Shown: positions 35,801 to 47,800 of the stretch, in pieces | Position numbering within the stretch: the first letter of the stretch is position 1 | Layout: each line of letters begins with the position of its first letter | Assembly: GCF_902652985.1 (NCBI RefSeq) | Contig: NC_047030.1 | Coordinates: 5,084,001-5,148,000 of the forward strand | Source: Pecten maximus | Lineage: Eukaryota | Direction of reading: 5' to 3' | Length of the DNA: 64,000 nucleotides | Notes under the pieces: model-generated | The model's database searches: none | The model's input: the letters and a program-made list of their open reading frames with translations, nothing else | Told to the model about the DNA's origin: nothing | Made by a program: the position numbers and the translations under genes

Positions 35801-38800
35801 GTCTATGTTGTAGAGGAGATAAGATTGGACTAGCTGTAATTCTGTATTTATGTTGTAGGGGAGATATGATTTGACTGGCTATAATCCTGTTCATATGTTG
35901 TAGGGGAGATATGATTGGGCTGGCTGTAATTCTGTGTCTATGTTGTAGAGGAGATAAGATTGGACTAGCTGTAATTCTGTATTTATGTTGTAGGGGAGAT
36001 ATAGCGTTGATTGGACTGGCTGTAATGGGACAGAACATCATCCTTAACATGAATGATCATGGATTTACGGTAAGTCACTGATACAATGATTGACACATCT
36101 GACACCATATAAATATAACACATTAAGAGTTCAACCTTGTCTGTTATGTAAATATTTCACATTTTCAAGTAATTTTGATAACATAGATGTTGTCAAAACA
36201 TTTTGCAAGAATACTATTTTTTATATATAATGATGGACAAAGCAGGTTCAAAGGTGTTGAGGGAGTGGTCGAAGCCTAGCAATATAGACAGAGTGATGTA
36301 TGTGGTAAACCAGTAACTGGGTAAAATTAGTGTTGAGAATCGGTTGAGATTTCAACATCGCTGATTGAATAAAATAAGTGTCATGCAGCCGATCTATTTT
36401 AAATTTTTAATCTGTTAGCCTACTGTTACATAATCATTTAAAAATATTCCTTCTTCTTTACTCAGGGATTGAATAGGCATATTTTCTCCAAAGCCGATTT
36501 TGCGGCCATTTTGATTTTACACTATAGCTTTACTCAGAGTAGTTTTGTATCATTTATTTTTTATCATACCATTTAAATGTTATAATCTTTGTTGATAAAC
36601 AGTACATCATATATGTTTTTGCAATTGATTATTAAAATAGTTAAATAGCATGATTGATAACAAGTTATCAGTTAAGAGTAAAATGATATAGAGCTTCTGT
36701 TCTCTCTTAATGAAAATGAAAGTTTAACTTGCACTTCCAGTTTTGAAAACAATCGTCAATGTTGACATCTGATAACTGATAATCGGGAATTGGTTGCCTT
36801 TCGGATTAGATTAATCAATTATAATCCATAATCAGAAGAACACTAAGTGTAATGCTGTGTTAATGTTGTAATGGAGATATATAGCACCCATATAGATAAA
36901 ATTTTAAGATATTCTTGTTTACTTGATCAACTGATCCTAACGCATAATACAGTGGGGATCAAATTTAACGTGAATTTAGTCTCCGTTTCTTTGAACACCC
37001 ACACCAATTAGACAACACAGAGACAGCCCAGTAGCATTCTACTTCAATTTCCAATCACACTTCAAACTGGAAACGATCAGAATACTACTAGTTATATCAA
37101 TTCTTTACCATGACACCACTAAGGAGCATGTCTAAAGGTAATTGATGCATCCTCAGTCAGTCATATTATCAAAGATTTTAAGATGCTTCTGACTTTGAAA
37201 GTATGTCAAATATGTTAAAAATCTTTAAACAACTTCATCTCAATAACTAAGAGGCCAAGGGTCATGATATTGGGCCAGTAGCATGATCAGAGGAAGGGCT
37301 ACAAAGTTTGTTCAAATCAATGACCTTGACTGACGTTTAAGGTCTCATGGGTCAAATATGCTAGAATCTTATACAACTTATTAATAACCAAGAGGCCCAT
37401 AACAACGATATTGCAGCAGTATCATGGTGGGATGAAGGGATAACAAAGATGTTTAAATGAATTACCTTGATGTAAGACCCAAGAGGCCCAGGGTCATGAT
37501 ATTGGGCCAGGATAGTGGCATGCTTTGATAGTTGACTGAAAAGTTTGTTCAATGGAATGACCTTTGCATGGTCTACCTTCAAGGTCACACTGGTCAATCG
37601 TATTAAATACTTGATCTAAAACCAAAAACATCAACTATCAGTATATCAGAACCCAGGTTACCTTTAAGGCTCTTGAGCCTCTTGTTGTTTAAGAGGTTAT
37701 TTTTTGCATAAGGGAAATGAACATTATTCAAGATTTCTATCAATTTCTATTTTGTTAATTTGGCTTTCTGAATTTTTTAATGCAGAGTTTGAACTTCATA
37801 ATTTACTTCTGTACGACTCTTCATTAAATCTCAATAATCAGTTCTCTCTCACTATATCTACATAGCTGTCTTTTGCTGCAAGGGCTGTATACATGTATAT
37901 ATATACTCACTGTGTACCAAATGATAATGATCAATATTGCACTCAATTTAATGTACATAACATTCCTCCAGTATGTATATCCTTCATGATATCATTAGTA
38001 AATGTAAAATTTGATATTCTCATTGACACTAAAACTTTTCTCCTGTATACATGTAGCACCTGGTGTTCATATTATGTGAATTGAAACCAGAAACCAACTC
38101 AGTTTGATCTGCCAATTAAACGTAGTTACAAGAAATCAATTTAACTTTGTAAACAGTCAGATCCCCGAGATATGTGCTCAGAAGATCTAGACATGTAGTC
38201 AGCTCGGAGCTGTGTAGACACACCATGTTTACATATATCAATTCTGAGTATGTAGCTCGGGGTACCGCGAGGGGACAGGGGTAGAAGTTTCAGATTTGTT
38301 GTTGATGTGCATTGCAAAGATGAAATAATGTCTAAAATAATAATCTTCATTTGACTATTGGAAATCTTAATAAATCAGTAACGGCCAGGTGAGAATTAAG
38401 GCATATATATAATTAATGCAACGATTAATTAGGCATCTATGAGAGACTTAATTGTTACAATCAATTCTAAAATTCATTGGAATGTACTTGTATAAGAAAT
38501 TACTATAATATAATTGATTGTTTAATAACTGGTATATATCTTATATGATTTTTCAGTTTTTGTAGCAGTTTATGTACCCTTGTGTGTCTGTTATACTGAA
38601 TCTTCCAGGCTTATGATACATTTAACATGGACACCTCTCAAACTTAACAATTTCCTGTGGGAAGTCCTGGTGTACTACAAGGATGTGTTATGGCCTTAGA
38701 CCTCTCCTGTCTGTGTATCTCCTGTTAACCAACATTTTACGTCCTCTAAGTCTGGTCAGCTTTACAAAATTTGTGAAAAAAGAATCAATGTTTTAGATAA

Positions 38801-41800
38801 AACTAAAATAATGATGGCCATGTTCTCACTGTGTGTGGGTGTAATGGTAAGAGTGATTCTTTATAGCTAAAAAGTCATATTCCATGATCCTACATCTTTT
38901 GACAGGTTTAGATTTGCGTGACTAAAGTTGATCAAACGGTGATAATTTTGTGTATATGGCCTATTTGTGACTGGAGTGAATTTGACAGCACTTTGTGTAT
39001 TACATGTCTCTTTCCTTTGGTGAAAATCTGTAACTTTATAAATTGAAATGATGATATGACCTAGCCTACTGATATTTCCTCCTACAGAAGGTGGGAGGGT
39101 CTCGGTAAAGGTTATCCCCTGTAATTGCCCATTATTACACTCAATCATGCAAGTTTTCTGTACACTTGGTTAACAAATTAAAAGCTTGGTTGCTGGTCCC
39201 AGGAATACATGTGTATAATTGAATCATTCACAACACACTACATTTCTCAATGTCTTTTGATATCAAGGCAATTTAAAATCTATCTTTTAATCTATTTATT
39301 TGGAAGAGTAAATCCTAAACTTTGAATGACTTATATATCCTCAAGACTTAAAATTTAAATTCCTTCATCAGACAAAGCAAACTAAATACATCATCAAAGT
39401 GTTACAGCTCACATCTTTGTCAGTTTCCTTAGAAATTCTTCCTTGTACATTAATGATAGAGTATGTGAAACACGATTTGTGTTCTGTAATCTGTCACAGG
39501 ATTTTACAAAGTTGAACACAGCTGTAATTTCAATTATCTGAGCTTCAACTTTCCCCCTTATATAAAGTGTGTTCCTGTTGTTAGGTACTCGTATTATCAT
39601 CTATGCATCCCCCTCGGATGGTTAATGTGAATTCGAAAAAGCTGAATATGTATTGCATTTATTCATCAATTTTGTTGTACTATTTGCTCAAGAGATAAAA
39701 CTGGCTGTGGTGTTTTCTGCTTCGATGGACAATTTGTACAGAAGTTAAAATGTATAGTGTTAATACTGTGTGTTATACTTGTTACCTTGGCTAAAAATCC
39801 TTGGGTTGATTGATGCGTGTCCCGAGATCATGTACATAGCGTGGGTACTGGGTGTATCAGTGACGAGTCATACCTGGTACTGTTGTTAGGTAAAAAATCC
39901 TTAGCAACTTGATACGTTCACTGAAACCTTCCTTTCTGTTAACCATTACATTTCATTTATAGGCAGTTAACTAAAGGAATCAAGGTCTAAGCTTTGTTAG
40001 TTTAGTTTTGTGTTGTTTAATATCCTATCAACAGCTATGGTCATATAAGGACAATAAACTTTGTTAAATCTTATCAAACTTAAAAAGAATTAATTGGTTG
40101 AAAAATAAATTTTGTTGTTGTATTGATTTGAACTGATTAGCTGATATCTTTGATTCATTGGATGTAGAAACTTCAATTTTAAATGAATTTATAAAAATCT
40201 AGACAATTAAAAAATTATGTAATGTATCGTAAAGCTGTATGCTGTAGCTAATATCATTCATATTGGATACTATTTCACAGCAAACTCTGGATATTTTGAG
40301 TAAAAGTAACCAAGATGGTTAATAGGACTCCATCATATGGTTCACCAACTGACTTGCTCTAGATTCCAGACACTGTGTTTAAATTCTATTGGTAATCTTT
40401 TCCATAAGAAATGCTGTTTTTAAGATTAAGATTTCACTTTTGTATTATGAGTGTGACATCTGTAATATTAAATTTGAACTTTCATGGTATTGTTGTAACT
40501 TACCTATTAGTACTGTATCAAAGTGTTGAATTGAAGCCGTTTAATTCAAGAAACTGGTAAAGTTATGCATATATTAAAGTAAGTATGATGCAGATTAATA
40601 AAATTTGACTCCACTTTTATAACTCTCAATTTGCGATGAAAGTTGCTATGACTTGTATGCCTTTTCTACAGTCCTTAGTATTACAATTTAATTAAAAGCT
40701 AATACAGTTGAATAAAACCTACTTTTCCTATATCCTGAGCTAGTGTTGTTTTTTTTTTTTTTAAATATTTCTTTTTCTGTGATACCAGTTATATTTATGT
40801 CTTTATAGTTAGTGGTGCATGGTTGGATGTGAGTGGGTGGGGGCACAATATCTCAGTTGGTGAGAGTATTGGCCACGTAACCTCGGGTAAAGATCCGAGG
40901 TGTGTGGTTCGACACTCTCTGTCAGTTTGTGTTTTTGGGAAACAGGCCGGTCTGTGCTGTTGTGGTAGTGTCCTAAGGTAAGAAAATTTACGCAAATTGC
41001 TATTGATAGCTTACGACACACCACCCGTGTGCTGTTCTGTGTAGTCACCAACTACTACAAGGAGACCCTGTCTCATAGTGACCCTGGCTGTTCACCTGGC
41101 AAAAAACCTAGCAAACAAAAGGTGTATATAATTTTGAAGCTGAGTGTTATAGAAATATGTCTACAGGAAACGAGAATTTGGTTTGTTTTTGTTTAACGTC
41201 CTATTAACAGCCAAGGGTCATTTAAGGACGTGCCAGGTTTTGGAGGTGGAGGAAAGCCGGAGTACCCGGAGAAAAACCTGGCAACTGCCTCACGTAGGTT
41301 TCGAACTCGCAACCCAGTGGTGGAGGGCTAGTGTTAAAGTGTCGGTACACCTTAACCACTCGGCCAACGCAGCCCCAGGAAAGGAGAATAACCTGTAGAC
41401 TAAGCCTTCATTAGCTAGCCTCAGTATTTCTGGTATCACCAATATATTGATCAATAATTGGCCTTGGGAGATCCAATAATGTTTCGTGTCATGTTGCATA
41501 TGTAAACTGATTATAGCTCATTAGTAGAGTGAGGCTATTGGTTGATGTAATCGTAATCAATATTGTACACTTCGTCCTTAATGAAGAAAAACACAGCTGC
41601 TGTCATAGTTATGAGGACTAGTGATATGAGCAGTGGCAAAATAGATTGTTAAATTATTGGAGTGTTCGTCCATCCTCCTCCTCACCACCACTGAATTGCT
41701 ATGACGATAATAAACAGTCATAAATATTCACAGTTTTCCTCTGTACATTAGAATTTGTTGATTTCTTAATTATCTAAATGCACTTTGACCTTGACATTTT

Positions 41801-44800
41801 AGGTGGTCGCCTTCAATCGGACTGTCTCCAAGGTCGATGATTTCATGAACAATGAAGCCAAAGGGACAAACATCATTGGGGCCAAGTCGATGGAGCAAAT
41901 GGTCAGCCTTCTGAAGAAGCCAAGGCGTGTCATGTTATTGGTCAAGGCTGGAGCTGCTGTGGACGCCTTCATTGACAAATTGGTAATTTCTCTTATTGAT
42001 TTCTTCTGGGTTTTCTGAAAGAAAATCTCAAGTGACCTATTCTCATCGCCTTTTGTCTGTCATTCATAAACGGTTTACATTTTTCTACTATTTTTTGAAA
42101 TCTTCAAAGAAATTTTGCAGAAACCTTCCATGGCACAAGGTCAACCAAAATTATGAATTATGCAGTACCTGACCATCATGGAAATTAAGGGCGGGCAAAA
42201 AGGAGTCAAATTGACTGAAATTTCAAAAATCTTGACCCAAATAAAGTAGAATCAAATACTCTTCATAGGCAGAACGGTCTTTACATTGCTTTTTTGTGAA
42301 TTTTATGACCCTGGGCTCTCGCATTTGCCCCTGGGAAGGGGATGAACCATAGTTTAAATAAAAGAAAATCACATTTTTGACTTATTACTTGTTGAATTTT
42401 TACGGAAATTAATTAAAACTTGGTTAGAGTAAGGGATATCAGTTTGGGTAGTTTGATGAAAGCGTATGTATTGTATGTATGTTGACTCTGACTTATATCC
42501 TCAGGGGATGATGGGTAGGGCAAAAAGAGGTCCAACTGACTGAACTTTCAAAAATTACCTTTTCAAGACCTAAATAAGGTAGAATCATTGCTCTCCAGGT
42601 GGAAGGGTCTCAAGGTACTTTACCAAAGAGTTGAATTTCATGGCCCTGAGGTCTAATGTTTGCCCCTTGGGAATTTAAGGGGTAAACTTGACTATCATTT
42701 GTTGAAAATTTATTGGAATTCGTTCAAACTTGGTTAACATTATCAGCATGGGATGACAGTTTGATGGTATGCACATGTTGGCCCTGACTGACCTCCAGGG
42801 GCTGATGGGCAGGGCCAAAAAGGGTGAAATTGACTTAAATATTACATGAACTCAGGTGAAAGTTTTAGGCCATTGGGCCTTTTGACATTTTTGCTTGTAA
42901 GTAAAACTATTGCAGTATTTTGTACAAAAGGACACTTTCTTCTGACCTATACTGTCAACATCAAAACATCTTTCCTGTCATCAGTTTGGACAAGCAAAAT
43001 TGGTGGCAAATAATAATTTCTGTCTGTCGGTATATAATTAGACTGACTAAATATTGTATTGGGAAATCCGGAACCGAGGGCTCAACTGATGATATATGTT
43101 ATGAAGTATTGGGTAGATACACAAGTGTGTTGTGTACATCACTCACTTATTATTTCTGCTGGGATCACAATTTCATTGCTTCCTAAAGCTTATTTCCTGT
43201 CGATTTTATAATGAACACAAATATTGCATACTGTTGAGCTAATACAAAGCAAACCCATTGGCAAACCTCTCCTGTGACTACTAATATAGAAAATGATGAA
43301 GAGTTCTGATTCAAGCAAACCTGTTATGACACAAGCAGGGCCATGTAGATGTGTATAACTCGATCTAGCTAGATCTATATAGAACTTCAACATATTAAAT
43401 ATCATATCTTTGTTTATGATTATTGTAATTACAATTTCCATATATTATATATATTTATAACATTATAGCGGGAAATTTGAGCAGGGCTTTAATTTGGCGA
43501 TTTGGCGGGTCCGCATATAAATCGCCAAAATTTAACCCGTCAAATTCGAACACCGTCAATTAAAAAGACACAATAATTTCAATTTCGACAATAGTTTCCG
43601 TTCCAACCGCCATTTACCTTTGATAACTCCCGAGAGTAACGACTGGTGCGTAACGTTGGTTGTTGCCTGGCAACTGTTGGCCAAAATGCTGATAGGTACA
43701 AATAGCTAGTGAACAACTACTCACGATACATGTATAGCAATATGCAAGTATGACTTATATCGTATCATAATAATTTTTCTGAAAACAAAGCCATTTACCC
43801 ATACCATTCAATGAACTGATGTTAAAACTTTACCTGTAGACTCATTGTTAAAATTACCTGTACGTATACACATCATACAATAGATGACCACTGCAATATC
43901 ATACGGTTGATTAAATTCTCTTTGTCTGTTGCTTGTACACATACACATATAAACACTAATTTGACAAATCTACATGTATGTGTTCGCCTGAAATTTTTGA
44001 GTAATAGTTTCCAGTTTCGAGACAGAGGATCGATAATACACAACACACTTAATCAACATTGATAGGAGGTATGGACATAACATGGTTATCTGTATACACC
44101 GGTAGGTAATATATATGCTCAACGCCAAATTAAAACCCTAGATTTAAGGGAAATCGCTAAATTTTAACCCGCCAAAATTTAACTTTCAGTTTTCATGACC
44201 AAATCGCCAAATTTTATGACCGCTAAAATTTCCCGATATACGGTAGCTCAAAAGTTCATATTGGACATGACAGAAAGGCAAGGGAGATCATAACTCAATC
44301 TACCTTGTACACATTCCTTTAGGATGAGATCATGTGGCAATCAACAAGGTAAACTAAGCCTGAACAGAGATTAACTGATTTTTTGTCTAAGAATTAAGTC
44401 AGTAATCTGCCAGAGGTATGGAGATCATCATATTTAGTGAGAAAGGTTTGAAGCAGTCTGTTAAGACCTTGCTCTGTTGGCATCCCTCTAATTTCTCACT
44501 GTATTGTTACACAGGACAAGATGTCTCTGTTGGCAGTACCTCTAGTTTCTGGACAATGTAAATAGTTACCCAACTCTTAATACATTTCCTCTAGTTTCTG
44601 GACAGTGTAAATAGTTACCCAACTCTTAATACATTTCCTCTAGTTTCTGGACAGTGTAAATAGTTACCCAGCTCTTAATACATTTCCTCTAGTTTCTGGA
44701 CAGTGTAAATAGTTACCCAACTCTTAAGACATTTGCTCTAGTTTCTGGACAGTGTAAATAGTTACCCAACTCTTAAGACATTTGCTCTAGTTTCTGGACA

Positions 44801-47800
44801 GTGTAAATAGTTACCCAACTCTTAAGACATTTGCTCTAGTTTCTGGACTATACGATTGTCAGGGAGTTTGAGGTGGAGGAAAGCCGGAGTACCCGGAGAA
44901 AAACCTGGCAACTGCCCCACGTAGGTTTCGAACTCGCAACCCAGTGGTGGAGGGCTAGTGTTAAAGTGTCGGTACACCTTAACCACTCAGCCACCGCAGC
45001 CCCAGGAAAGGAGAATAACCTGTAGACTAAGCCTTCATTAGCTAGCCTTAGTATTTCTGGTATCACCAATATATTGATCAATAATTGGCCTTGGGAGATC
45101 CAATAATGTTTCGTGTCATGTTGCATATGTAAACTGATTATAGCTCATTAGTAGAGTGAGGCTATTGGTTGATGTAATCGTAATCAATATTGTACACTTT
45201 GTCCTTAATGAAGAAAAACACAGCTGCTGTCATAGTTATGAGGACTAGTGATATGAGCAGTGGCAAAATAAATTGTTAAATTATTGGAGTGTTCGTCCAT
45301 CCTCCTCCTCACCACCACTGAATTGCTATGACGATAATAAACGGTCATAAATATTCACAGTTTTCCTCTGTACATTAGAATTTGTTGATTTCTTAAAGCT
45401 GACAGTGCAAGTTAAAAAGCATCTAATTGAGATTAAAAAAAAAATACATGTAAAGATTTCCAAAAATCGTTTCCGAGACATTCCCCAGTTATGGTAGTGT
45501 CGTATCTAAGGACGGGCAGACATTTTTCTTTTTTGTTATGCATGGATACAACCAAGCCGCCGCTGCTATAAAAAGAACGTGCTTCGTCACACTCGCATTC
45601 ACTCTAACCTCAGGTGTTCACGGTGACACACCTGTATCACCTACACTATATCTGTACACCACGTGACCTACAACTGAATTCGCGAACGACACCAAACAGA
45701 CGGAGCACTTACCTGTAACCTAAGCAGAAAGATGGTCAGTGTCTCTCAGTTTATCTTTCAAATGTTGTTCAAAATAAAATCTCCAAATAAATGCTGAAAA
45801 TGCATAACGAATTAATCCGAAATACTCTATCCATTTTCTCACGTGTTTTTCGTGGTTTCAGCCATTTCGATAAGAAGTAAACAGTCTGAGGAGTTCCAAT
45901 TTTTACTCGCGTCTAGCACTCGGAACTCCTCGGATGCATTCATATTATCTACACTACACTAGGGCTGTTGTAGTGCAGTAGTGCAGTTTTATCACGCTTT
46001 ACTTGCGTTATGACACGTGCACAAATAATACGAAGACAAGGAAAACATATCGATGGAAACTATGGATATAATACTGTAACAGTTGTAAAGACTCAGGTAG
46101 GAGTTTACTCATATATACTCTGTTTATAATTTTATTAGGTACATGGGTTTTTTTATGCCAAAATTTATTGTATTGTCAAAATGTTCTTTTCTTCCTTTTA
46201 AGTTTTATTGTAAAATAAAATTTATAGATATAATTATCTCTTTTAATTCCATATCCAAGTTCTACAATTGCGTACAATGAAAACAAAAACCCGTTGACGT
46301 GTGTATTGAGAACGTATACTATATAATAATGGAGAGATGTGTCGCTTTGCGTATGTATCGATAGACTGATCCTTGTTGTCAATGAACGCACGCGCTTTTA
46401 TAGCGGTTCGTATCCATGCATAACGAAAAAGAAAAATGTCTGCCCGTCCTTAGATACGACACTACCATAATTGGGGGATGTCTCGGAAACGATTTTTGGA
46501 AATCTGTACATGTATTATTTTTCTTTAATCTCAATTGGATACTTTTTAACTTGCACTGTCAGCTTTAATTATCTAAATGCATTGTAATGACCTTTGCACT
46601 TTGACCTTGACATTTTAGGTGGTCGCCTTCAATCGGACTGTCTCCAAGGTCGATGATTTCATGAACAATGAAGCCAAAGGGACAAACATCATTGGGGCCA
46701 AGTCGATGGAGCAAATGGTCAGCCTTCTGAAGAAGCCAAGGCGTGTCATGTTATTGGTCAAGGCTGGAGCTGCCGTCGACGCCTTCATTGACAAATTGGT
46801 AATTTCTCTTATTGATTACTTGTGGATTTTCTGAAAGAAAGTCTCAAGTGACTTATTCACATTGCTTTTAGTCTGTCATTCATAAAAGGTTTACATTTTT
46901 CAACTATTTTTTGAAATCTTCAAAGAAATTTTGCAGAAACCTTCCATGGCACAAGGTCAACCAAAATTATGAATTATACAGTACCTGACCATCATGGGAA
47001 TTAAGGGCGGGCAAAAAGGAGTCAAATTGACTGAAATTTCAAAAATCGTGACCCAAATAAAGTAGAATCAAATACTCTTCATAGGCGGAACGGTCTTTAC
47101 ATTGCTTTTTTGTGAATTTTATGACCCTGGGCTCTCGCATTTGCCCCTGGGAAGGGGATGAACCATAGTTTAAATAAAAGAAAATCACATTTTTGACTTA
47201 TTACTTGTTGAATTTTTACGGAAATTAATTAAAACTTGGTTAGAGTAAGGGATATCAGTTTGGGTAGTTTGATGAAAGCGTATGTATTGTATGTATGTTG
47301 ACTCTGACTTATATCCTCAGGGGATGATGGGTAGGGCAAAAAGAGGTCCAACTGACTGAACTTTCAAAAATTACCTTTTCAAGACCTAAATAAGGTAGAA
47401 TCATTGCTCTCCAGGTGGAAGGGTCTCAAGGTACTTTACCAAAGAGTTGAATTTCATGGCCCTGAGGTCTAATGTTTGCCCCTTGGGAATTTAAGGGGTA
47501 AACTTGACTATCATTTGTTGAAAATTTATTGGAATTCGTTCAAACTTGGTTAACATTATCAGCATGGGGTGACAGTTTGATGGTATGCACATGTTGGCCC
47601 TGACTGACCTCCAGGGGCTGATGGGCAGGGCCAAAAAGGGTGAAATTGACTTAAATATTACTGAACTCAGGTGAAAGTTTTAGGCCATTGGGCCTTTTGA
47701 CATTTTTGCTTGTAAGTAAAACTATTGCAGTATTTTGTACAAAAGGACACTTTCTTCTGACCTATACTGTCAACATCAAAACATCTTTCCTGTCATCATT

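Noticed and set aside
34812-36050. 412-aa antisense ORF ([12 protein letters not shown] repeats)
   Set aside because: By-product of a 45-bp (multiple of 3) repeat that lacks stops on the minus strand; its start overlaps PGD exon 2 antisense; no independent gene signals.
41290-41377. tRNA gene candidates (also at 62606-62685, ~26790, ~30430)
   Set aside because: A/B boxes are present but no cloverleaf; they continue into SINE or repeat bodies.
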